DNA of 24,000 nucleotides from Microcystis phage MaeS: the sequence record MT362618.1. One strand, given 5' to 3'. The notes below the pieces were generated by a model. It ran no database searches and was not told where the DNA came from. It worked only from the letters and a program-made list of their open reading frames with translations. The translations under genes and the position numbers were made by a program. Below, piece by piece: positions 8,414-15,435 of this stretch. Numbering within the stretch: the first letter of the stretch is position 1; every line of letters starts with the position of its first letter.

Positions 8414-8602
8414 TTAAAGTTCTTCTCCAATTCCTAATACAATTACTTTGTCAGAGTATCCAATGTCCTCTAAAAGTAATTCGTGTTTGTTATAATTAGA
8501 TAGATGACCTTTCACTACTTCAATTTGTAATAACGCGATTTCAAAATCATCTTCTAAATGCTCTAATTCTTTTCTTAATTGTCCTACTGTTTTGATAACC
8601 AT
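8414..8602 (-). CDS. Hypothetical protein, 62 aa
   Basis: ORF track; AAGGAGG RBS. Confidence 0.6.
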   Translation of the reverse strand: MVIKTVGQLRKELEHLEDDFEIALLQIEVVKGHLSNYNKHELLLEDIGYSDKVIVLGIGEEL

Positions 8603-8653
8603 TTTCTATTCCTCCTTAATACACAGTATGTGTCAAATGTACCTTAAAAATAT

Positions 8654-8693
8654 ATTATAACTTGTGCTTGGATATTACCAGTATTCCTTTCTC
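8654..8693 (-). promoter_or_regulatory. Bipartite motif GAGAAAGG-N24-GTTATAAT at the head of the minus-strand block
   Basis: Plus-strand ATTATAAC 8654-8661, CCTTTCTC 8686-8693, 24 nt between. Confidence 0.65.
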
Positions 8694-9037
8694 GATTCTT
8701 AACTACCCCCTACCTTTTAAGTAGCAGATAAAGGAGTGCGTACTCGTCTTGCAGACAGCTATGGATCACACCGAGTTACGGTCAATTTGCAGCCGATTAT
8801 TCGAACGACAACAACTTCAGGAGTTATGAGTCGAAACTTAAAATAAGGCCGCAGCAATAAGCCTTCTAAGCGTTCTGACGATGCGCTCGTGGATATTCGG
8901 TGTGAGTATCGAGTGGAAAAGGGTAAAATTGCTCGTTCGATTTCAAAAAAGGCCGAAAGTGCATAGTGGGGAGCATGGTTTCAATTTGCAAGGAAGAGGC
9001 AAGAAAAACGTAAAACACCCCCGTCTTATGCTTATTT

Positions 9038-9057
9038 CCTATAATGTATCTTATAGG
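9038..9057. other. Perfect 7-bp hairpin within non-coding tract
   Basis: CCTATAA-TGTATC-TTATAGG. Confidence 0.6.
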
Positions 9058-9585
9058 TAACATAATTTTAGAGTTTCAGGGCACGGAGGGCACGCGATGA
9101 AGAGTTAACCTTTTATTATTCGCGCTCGCTTGCATCATGTTATCAGAAACGCGCACGGGCAAGAGCTCGCGAAAGGGTTGCTTATAGGGTTTCATATAAA
9201 GCTATTTACTTTTATCCGTGCTGCTATTCAAGCTTATTATCGTACTTATATTTTCCGTTGCTGCTTCTTACTTCGATTGTATTTGTAGCAAGCTCTTATA
9301 ACCTTTTCGATACAAATGAACATTGATATAAAAGTCTTTTGCTGCTGGAGTTTTTTTAAATGAATTTGATCCGGAAACACTCGAACACCTGAAGCCTCTT
9401 CTTCTTGTTTGCTTTATCCTTTCTTCTTTCCTTCTTGCGTGTTCACTCCTTCTATTGATCAATGAATGATTAAATGTTTCTTCTTGCATGTACTTATAAG
9501 AAAGAGTAAATAAATTAACAAATTAACTATAGATTATTGTTGCTTATTATAACTAACCATGTTATATTTAATTCAAGGGAAAGAG

Positions 9586-9606
9586 TTATAATAAACAGTT
9601 ATATAA
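9586..9606 (+). promoter_or_regulatory. Tandem 13-nt-phased boxes GTTATAAT-N5-GTTATATA upstream of the clamp-like gene
   Basis: Direct reading. Confidence 0.6.
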
Positions 9607-9622
9607 AAGGGAGAGGTTAACA

Positions 9623-10330
9623 ATGACAGTAACATCTATTAGTAAGCAATTAGAGAAGCATATCAAGAGTGTAAAGGTATTTGTTAAAGATGCTAATAAG
9701 AAGTATACAGTTAGGCCTATACTTTCAACAGCTTTAGTCAATGAGACATATGTAATTGCAACTGATTCACAAAGACTTATAAGAATCAAGCATAATGAAC
9801 ATATTGAAGCGCCTTTTCTACATTACTTCAATAAACATGTAAATAACTTGGATGTATCTAGTTATCCTAACATAGAGCGTTTAATACCTGATAAATACAA
9901 CGCTCAAAAAGAGTTAACTATAAATGTGAGTGAATGGTTAGAAGCGCACGAGGCCGGAATAATAGCAGCTAATGAACATGTTGACAATGTTATCAAATTA
10001 GAAGGAAATAAACTAAGTGTTAAACCACTAACAATGAAGGCTATAAAAGGCAATAAAAGTGATTATAGCTCAATTAATAAATGCAAAGGTTATAAAGATA
10101 TCGCGGTTCCTGAATTTGAGCAAATTAGCTTCACTTACATTTTAGATAACGATACAGAGTTAGAAAATCTTAATTATAACTGTCAATATTTTATCGATGC
10201 TTTAAAGGTTTTCAAGAAATATAAGCATAAAGAAATACAATTTTACTTTTACAGAAATTTAAGGCCTTTCTTATTAGCTTCTGAAGATATCGAAGTCTTA
10301 ATTTTACCTGTTAGAATTTCATCTTATTAG
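9623..10330 (+). CDS. Divergent DNA polymerase III beta-subunit (sliding clamp)-like protein, about 235 aa
   Basis: C-terminus NYNCQYFIDALKVFKKYKHKEIQFYFYRNLRPFLLASEDIEVLILPVRISSY matches the terminal DnaN pattern (DALK...V.F....RPFLI.......LILPVR); YVIATDSQRLIRIK matches the AtD..RL pattern. Confidence 0.7.
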   Translation: MTVTSISKQLEKHIKSVKVFVKDANKKYTVRPILSTALVNETYVIATDSQRLIRIKHNEHIEAPFLHYFNKHVNNLDVSSYPNIERLIPDKYNAQKELTINVSEWLEAHEAGIIAANEHVDNVIKLEGNKLSVKPLTMKAIKGNKSDYSSINKCKGYKDIAVPEFEQISFTYILDNDTELENLNYNCQYFIDALKVFKKYKHKEIQFYFYRNLRPFLLASEDIEVLILPVRISSY

Positions 10331-10351
10331 TTATAACGAATAGTTATAAAA
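10331..10351 (+). promoter_or_regulatory. Tandem boxes GTTATAAC-N5-GTTATAAA between the clamp-like gene and ardA
   Basis: Direct reading; 13-nt phasing. Confidence 0.6.
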
Positions 10352-10392
10352 CTCGTTCGAGCGAGTATAAAAAGGCTTTAGGCTCGAAGCGT

Positions 10393-10416
10393 TGAAGGAG
10401 GTTCTTTACTCCTTCA
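10393..10416 (+). promoter_or_regulatory. Leader hairpin before ardA
   Basis: TGAAGGAG-GTTCTTTA-CTCCTTCA, perfect 8-bp stem. Confidence 0.5.
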
Positions 10417-10472
10417 GGTAGCATACAAATGCTAAATAATAAGCCTATAAAGGCACGGGAGGAAATATTATC

Positions 10473-11000
10473 ATGACAGTTGAAACGTTAGAAATTAAAG
10501 TTTATGTTGCTAATCTTGGGAAGTACAATGAAGGCGAGCTTGTCGGCGATTGGTTCACGCTTCCAACAGATTTCGAAGAAATTGCTAAAAAGATTGGATT
10601 AAACGAGCAATACGAAGAATACGCAATACACGACTATGAAGCGCCTAAAGGTATAAAAATTAGTGAATATAGCAACATCAGTAAACTAAATGAAATCGCG
10701 GAGCAACTCGAAACACTTGAGAGTTATCAAGCTGAAGAAATTAGCTATCTAGTCGCAACGGGTGAACTTGATTTCGAAGAAGCGCTTGAAAAGCTTCAAA
10801 ACAGTGAATATAGAATTTTCCACGACTGTAATGATATGTCAGATGTAGCGTATGAAATTGTAGAAGAACAAGGATTATTAAATAGTTTACCGGAAAACTT
10901 GCGTTACTATTTCGACTATGAAAAATATGGCCGTGATTTAGAGATTGAAGGATCTTTCTATTACGTAGGCCGTGGCGTTTACGTCGAATTATTCAACTAA
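10473..11000 (+). CDS. ardA: ArdA family antirestriction protein (DNA mimic)
   Basis: IKVYVANLGKYNEGELVGDWFTLP, strongly acidic, C-terminal NLRYYFDYEKYGRDLEIEGSFYYVGRGVYVEL typical of ArdA. Confidence 0.93.
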   Translation: MTVETLEIKVYVANLGKYNEGELVGDWFTLPTDFEEIAKKIGLNEQYEEYAIHDYEAPKGIKISEYSNISKLNEIAEQLETLESYQAEEISYLVATGELDFEEALEKLQNSEYRIFHDCNDMSDVAYEIVEEQGLLNSLPENLRYYFDYEKYGRDLEIEGSFYYVGRGVYVELFN

Positions 11001-11057
11001 ATAACAAGAAATAACGGCGCGCGGCTTATATAGCTTCGTGCCTTTCGTGGTGAGAAG

Positions 11058-11078
11058 GTTATAAAAGGAGGTTATAAG
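11058..11078 (+). promoter_or_regulatory. Tandem boxes GTTATAAA-N5-GTTATAAG overlapping the RBS of the next gene
   Basis: GTTATAAAAGGAGGTTATAAG; 13-nt phasing. Confidence 0.5.
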
Positions 11079-11079
11079 A

Positions 11080-11223
11080 ATGAATAGAAAAGAGTTAGAA
11101 CACGAGATAATTGATCACCTTACTTTTTTAACTGAAGCATATACAACCGGAATTTTATTACCTTTAGAAGTTGCGGAACAGTTAGAAAAAACAGCTAAAA
11201 ATATTAAATCAATGGAGGAATAA
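11080..11223 (+). CDS. 47-aa hypothetical protein (MNRKELEHEIIDHLTFLTEAYTTGILLPLEVAEQLEKTAKNIKSMEE)
   Basis: Hand translation; AGGAGG RBS. Confidence 0.6.
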   Translation: MNRKELEHEIIDHLTFLTEAYTTGILLPLEVAEQLEKTAKNIKSMEE

Positions 11224-11226
11224 ACA

Positions 11227-11535
11227 ATGAAAAAATCTAACTTTTTAGCGGCTGCGATATTCGCGAGCTCATTATTTTTAGGTGCATGTAGTAACGAAGT
11301 CGAAAAAAACTCCAGCACTACACAAGAAAACTTTTATCCTGATGAATACACATTCGAAGAATTTGAAGTATATCTCATTAACGATAAAAACGAAGTGTAC
11401 GCATCCTCTACAACGAGTGAAAACGGCTTATATTTAGATAGTTCAACTAATCAAGGTTATAAAGTAGGAGACGTTATACAGGGCGTATTTGATGCCCACG
11501 ACGGCGAGCTAATCACAACGGAAAAAGTAAGATGA
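11227..11535 (+). CDS. Putative lipoprotein
   Basis: Signal peptide with lipobox-like LFLGAC. Confidence 0.8.
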   Translation: MKKSNFLAAAIFASSLFLGACSNEVEKNSSTTQENFYPDEYTFEEFEVYLINDKNEVYASSTTSENGLYLDSSTNQGYKVGDVIQGVFDAHDGELITTEKVR

Positions 11536-11675
11536 AAAAATACAAATGTGTACATTGTGAGCGGCTCCTTTTTGTTGGAGCTTTTAAAGGTAAAATAGAA
11601 ATCAAGTGCAGCAAATGCAAACAAGTAAATACTAAACAGAGCGCCCACGAGCGCCGCGAATATCCTACAAGTTAG
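11532..11675 (+). CDS. Com-like small zinc-finger protein (MKKYKCVHCERLLFVGAFKGKIEIKCSKCKQVNTKQSAHERREYPTS)
   Basis: Hand translation; resembles phage Mu Com family (CxxC...LLF.......IEIKC.KCK); ATGA overlap with the previous gene. Confidence 0.7.
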   Translation: MKKYKCVHCERLLFVGAFKGKIEIKCSKCKQVNTKQSAHERREYPTS

Positions 11676-11693
11676 GAGCCGCGGCGCTTTTTT
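11650..11693 (+). terminator. Strong terminator overlapping the end of the Com-like gene
   Basis: AGCGCCGCG / CGCGGCGCT stem with inner TCCTA/TAGGA stem, followed by a T run. Confidence 0.85.
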
Positions 11694-12299
11694 GTGTTCT
11701 TCTTCAGGTGTTAACGTACTCCTTTTAATGAGTGATCAAAACAAGCGATAAAAAGCGGCCTCTTGAGCCTTCTTTATTTCTTCAGGTATGGATATAAGCA
11801 GCAGCTTAAAAAGGCTCTAAAACAGGCGGCCTGAAGCGCTATAAACGATATATAAAATATGTTCCTTACATACGGTTAAAGGCGCTCAAGTACCTAAAAT
11901 CTAGGCCTTCAGTCTGAAGTTTGGGCCCATCTGGATCACGTTTGATTTGGAAAAGTTTTCGGCGCTCCAGATCTTGAAAAAATCGGCCTTATCAGACGGA
12001 CTTCGAGGAATATTTTAGGGGCCGCCGCCGTGCGCTCGTGGTTGCTGGATCTGATCTGGCTGGTTGCTGGATCACACTAGCGGCTGGATTGGTAGAGAAG
12101 TTTTATGTCTTAGGACTTTGGCTAGTTTTGACTGGCAAATTTGAGGGTTGCTATTTCAGCGAGCAAATAAAAATGAAATTGTAGGGCCAGATATCGCGAA
12201 AATGGCACTTATCAGGGCAACTTGAAAATTACATTAGGCGCGCGCAGGCCGGATTTTTGCATTTAGGGTGGCGCTGGCACGAAAAAAACGAGCTGCTTA

Positions 12300-12773
12300 T
12301 CACAACTCGCCTCGTTTTTTCAGCTCTAACCACGCTTTTAATGTTTCTGGACTAACTTGGAATACAAGAGCCGGTAAGTGATCAATTGTTGTTAGAACTT
12401 CTTGAGCTGATAACCATAAGTATTGATCAGGATCGCCTGTTTGGTCTGGATCATAAGCAAATCTAGGTTCAAACATTTCTTCTGGTTTCATTTTCGAAAC
12501 AGATACTAAAGTGTCGTTGAATGTATCTACATAGAATTTCCTTGCTTCTTTTTGGCTTTTTGAAGCAATCCAAGCAGCTCGTTCTTGTCCTTGGATGAAC
12601 CATACTTCACATGTTTGTTTGATTTGCATATTGCCACGTCCTGAAGGAGTGATAACGTAACCTTGGCATCCGTTAATACCACAAACAACTCCAGTTTCGA
12701 ACATCGGCTCATCGGTTCTATCATGTTCTTTTTTGCATCTTTGGCAGAAAAAAACGAGTTTATAGTTGTGCAT
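12300..12773 (-). CDS. Hypothetical protein with N-terminal CxxC and CGINGC motifs
   Basis: ORF track; AAGGAGG RBS; flanked 3' by AAAAAACGAG...CTCGTTTTTT. Confidence 0.7.
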   Translation of the reverse strand: MHNYKLVFFCQRCKKEHDRTDEPMFETGVVCGINGCQGYVITPSGRGNMQIKQTCEVWFIQGQERAAWIASKSQKEARKFYVDTFNDTLVSVSKMKPEEMFEPRFAYDPDQTGDPDQYLWLSAQEVLTTIDHLPALVFQVSPETLKAWLELKKRGEL

Positions 12774-12960
12774 ATTTATTCCTCCTTATGAATTCTAATG
12801 ATTAGTTATCACTCTTTTCAAACTTGCCATTATGATTTTTTTCGACTTTGATTTTTGTTTATTATTCAAACTTTATAACCACCCGCACTCTTTTGAAAAC
12901 TGTCATTAAGAAAAAAATCGATTATGCTTTTTAGATTAGGCCCCAAGAAGATAACCACCC

Positions 12961-13078
12961 CTATCCTGTATGAAGCTCATTCCTAGCTTGTTCCGCAACA
13001 ACAGTAGCTTCTTCTAAGGATTTGTATCTACCTAAACGATGTTTAATTCCATTTGCTATTATTTCAATAAATCTCCCT
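12961..13078 (-). pseudogene. Remnant of AP2-domain (homing endonuclease type) protein
   Basis: Out-of-frame conserved stretch GRFIEIIANGIKHRLGRYKSLEEATVVAEQARNELHTG then stop; in-frame stop immediately upstream. Confidence 0.5.
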
Positions 13079-13172
13079 TATGTAAGTCCATGAAATCAAT
13101 TTGTTCAACATCAAATTCACCGTTTTGATTGTTAATTATCCTTTTGACAATGCGTAACTTATTCTCTGACAT
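13059..13172 (-). CDS. 37-aa ORF (MSENKLRIVKRIINNQNGEFDVEQIDFMDLHKGDLLK), possibly the head of the disrupted gene or an independent small gene
   Basis: Hand translation; AAAGGGAGG RBS. Confidence 0.4.
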   Translation of the reverse strand: MSENKLRIVKRIINNQNGEFDVEQIDFMDLHKGDLLK

Positions 13173-13248
13173 ATTACTACCTCCCTTTTATTAAAGAAGG
13201 TGCTCACGAATGAACACCTATTACAACCAAGCTGTTATGATAATTCTG

Positions 13249-13857
13249 TTACTTCGTAAATGTGTGATTACCTATTGCAACGGTAACTGGCCTTGTACTA
13301 TTCCAACTTATGGTTGCTGTTCTAGGATTATAAAAGTATAGGGCCCCGTAAGTAGGATCTTGCCCTTCTATCGCCTTTTGGACAGCTACATACGATTCTG
13401 AATCAGCTCGTTTATGGATTGAACCATTAGATACCGGACTAAACTGGCCCCGTTGGTATATAACTCCTTGGATGCTATCAGGGAATTGAGTATCGTCAAC
13501 ACGATTTAAAACGACAGCGGCAACGGCGATCTTCCCTGTAATTGATTCGCCCCTCGCTTCTGCTTGAACTAACGATGCGAGAATGTCGATATCCGATTGT
13601 GAATAATCAGAGTGAGCAACATTATTAACTGGTGCTGCTTCGTTTCGGCCCTCTGGAATCGTAAGCTCTTGACCGATTAAAATTAAATCCGACGATAAGT
13701 TATTTGCGATCATGATTTCTTGGTGTGGTACTCCGTATTGAACACCTAATTCAGATAGAGTATCACCTTTAACTACTGTTATTTGTTGTGCATAGGTAGC
13801 CGTACCTCCTAGTAATATTAGTGATCCAGCAATTACAAGACTTCGAATAAAGTTCAT
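13249..13857 (-). CDS. Secreted LysM + SleB-type (Hydrolase_2) cell-wall hydrolase
   Basis: Signal peptide; LysM QITVVKGDTLSELGVQYGVPHQEIMIANNL; LASLVQAEARGESITGKIAVAAVVLNRV...FSPV...ALYFYNP. Confidence 0.9.
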   Translation of the reverse strand: MNFIRSLVIAGSLILLGGTATYAQQITVVKGDTLSELGVQYGVPHQEIMIANNLSSDLILIGQELTIPEGRNEAAPVNNVAHSDYSQSDIDILASLVQAEARGESITGKIAVAAVVLNRVDDTQFPDSIQGVIYQRGQFSPVSNGSIHKRADSESYVAVQKAIEGQDPTYGALYFYNPRTATISWNSTRPVTVAIGNHTFTK

Positions 13858-13912
13858 CTAAACTCTCCTAACGTTTGTATTTGCTTGGTTGTATAAATAT
13901 CCTAACTCTATT

Positions 13913-13941
13913 TTATAACTACTTAAAGAAAACCTTTCGCA
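13913..13941 (-). promoter_or_regulatory. Variant bipartite motif GCGAAAGG-N13-GTTATAAA
   Basis: Plus-strand TTTATAAC 13913-13920, CCTTTCGC 13934-13941. Confidence 0.5.
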
Positions 13942-14137
13942 TATTAGTACGCGCTACTTTTAGTACATACTTGCCTTTACCAGAGATAAGAAGTTGCTGT
14001 GTTTCTGGATAAGGCTAGTCTGTGCTTCTTTTAGTACGTGTTAAATGGTATCCTACCCCTTCGTTTTCCGCGGCTGCGAACGGAGTCGCTGCTATATTGA
14101 TAAAGAGTATTGAAAAAGAATATTGATATGTGTTACT

Positions 14138-14203
14138 TTGAGTAACCATACAGTTCCGTCAAAGTAACCAAAGAGTATACTCAAAGTAACCATAGGCGAA
14201 AGA
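14138..14203 (+). repeat. Three direct 22-bp iteron-like repeats, core RAGTAACCA
   Basis: GTAACCA at 14142, 14164 and 14186, exactly 22 nt apart, with GAGTATACTC palindrome at 14173-14182. Confidence 0.75.
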
Positions 14204-14268
14204 ATTCGTTGATGTACCCTAATGAGCGATGTATTATAACTCCAGAGTTAACGAAGGAGGTTACTATC

Positions 14269-14619
14269 ATGTTTTACAACTCATCAGAACGTGACGAATT
14301 GAAGCATGAGCATATTGAAATGTTTCGCTCATGGCAAGAAAAGATTACTAAGTTTTCAATGATACCGGATCACTTGATTCTCACTGATAAGATTTCTGAA
14401 GGTGAACGTGTCTTTTTATTTAAGTTGTTCGCATTGTCCGATAAGTTTGAAGGTACGCTATACCATAGCAACGATAAGTTAGCTGAAGAGTTAGGTTGCG
14501 GCGTGTCCAATGTAAAAAAATATCTTGATTCCCTCAAGAAGAAAAAGCTAATCATGACACTAAGTACAGGGCCAAATTCACCTCGAGTTATATGTTTACG
14601 GCCTTGGATCATGTTATAA
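14269..14619 (+). CDS. Small winged-helix/HTH DNA-binding protein, possible replication or control protein
   Basis: LFALSDKFEGTLYHSNDKLAEELGCGVSNVKKYLDSLKKKKLI wHTH pattern; ATG at 14269 after GAAGGAGG. Confidence 0.65.
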   Translation: MFYNSSERDELKHEHIEMFRSWQEKITKFSMIPDHLILTDKISEGERVFLFKLFALSDKFEGTLYHSNDKLAEELGCGVSNVKKYLDSLKKKKLIMTLSTGPNSPRVICLRPWIML

Positions 14620-14704
14620 CCATTACGAAAGCATTAATGGAAGTCGGTTATATATTTCGGTAAGATATATTCAATGAATTAGACAAAAAGGCGGTGTAAT
14701 AATT

Positions 14705-14929
14705 ATGTCAGCATTGAATATATTAAAGGCAGCACTAAAAGCTGTTAAGGAAGATTGCTTTCATTTAGCAAAACAACACGGAATCTTTTTAGAACAAGAT
14801 GAGTTAGGCAACATCTGGATTAGTGAGGACGGTAAAGAATGCTATCGAGTGAATGGCTGGTATCTAACTAATAAAGAGCTTCGTGATATCATCAGCAAAA
14901 AGGAGAATAAGGATCTTGGCAAGGTATAA
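14705..14929 (+). CDS. Hypothetical protein, 74 aa
   Basis: ORF track. Confidence 0.55.
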   Translation: MSALNILKAALKAVKEDCFHLAKQHGIFLEQDELGNIWISEDGKECYRVNGWYLTNKELRDIISKKENKDLGKV

Positions 14930-15224
14930 CATTAATTCGGTTCCGTCAGTTATGGAACTTGTTCAAAGTATTTTATTAAAGTATAACGAAATCATTGAGA
15001 ACACTATATTCGAAGTAACTCTTATCTCTGGATCACAAAATATCAAAGAGCTTCGTAATAAGGGTTATGATATCACTGTCTCAAGAAACGGTACTGAAAC
15101 GAAAGTTAGACTCGATCTTAATGAAAATCACGTTATAACTTATACAGTTTACGTTACTCGTGAAGGTAATAAGTTATTCGTTAGAAGAAAGCGCCTAATT
15201 AATAATTTAGAGGAGGAATGTTAA
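14916..15224 (+). CDS. Hypothetical protein, HTH-like
   Basis: TTG start at 14916 after GGAG; LISGSQNIKELRNKGYDITVSRNG. Confidence 0.5.
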   Translation: MARYNINSVPSVMELVQSILLKYNEIIENTIFEVTLISGSQNIKELRNKGYDITVSRNGTETKVRLDLNENHVITYTVYVTREGNKLFVRRKRLINNLEEEC

Positions 15225-15419
15225 TTGTTTGATGTATTCTTTACTTGGTGTATTACTCTGGTGATAATAGCCATAATCGGCGTAGGAACTCTTGGGTTGA
15301 TAGGATTTGTATTTTGGCTCATTGATATGATTACAGGGTATATACTTTTATGTCTCAAGGCACAAATCGATTTCGCTCAATTCCTTCATAAAAAGTATTC
15401 TCGAAAGGGTTCTAACTGA
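15225..15419 (+). CDS. Small membrane protein, 64 aa
   Basis: Hydrophobic stretch WCITLVIIAIIGVGTLGLIGFVFWLIDMI; start follows GAGGAGG. Confidence 0.6.
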   Translation: MFDVFFTWCITLVIIAIIGVGTLGLIGFVFWLIDMITGYILLCLKAQIDFAQFLHKKYSRKGSN

Positions 15420-15435
15420 ACTCTTTTTTATTTTG

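Noticed and set aside
8866-9489. Minus-strand ORFs 8866-9063 and 9268-9489 as genes
   Set aside because: Located in the probable non-coding tract; atypical composition and no clear RBS or recognisable domain. Kept only as a caveat to the non-coding interpretation.
9586-9789. Minus-strand ORF 9586-9789
   Set aside because: Antisense to the clamp-like gene start and overlapping its regulatory boxes.
11115-11648. Minus-strand ORFs 11115-11318 and 11457-11648
   Set aside because: Antisense to the small plus-strand genes, which have good RBSs and recognisable lipobox or zinc-finger features.
8701-12290. Claim that the two non-coding tracts are duplicated copies of one RNA
   Set aside because: Only short words (such as TGCGCTCGTGG and TGGATCACAC) are shared, and I could not align them convincingly by eye. 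Left as a testable hypothesis, not a feature.
12527-12724. Minus-strand ORF 12527-12724
   Set aside because: Alternative frame inside 12300-12773.
14370-14612. Minus-strand ORF 14370-14612
   Set aside because: Antisense to the winged-helix gene.
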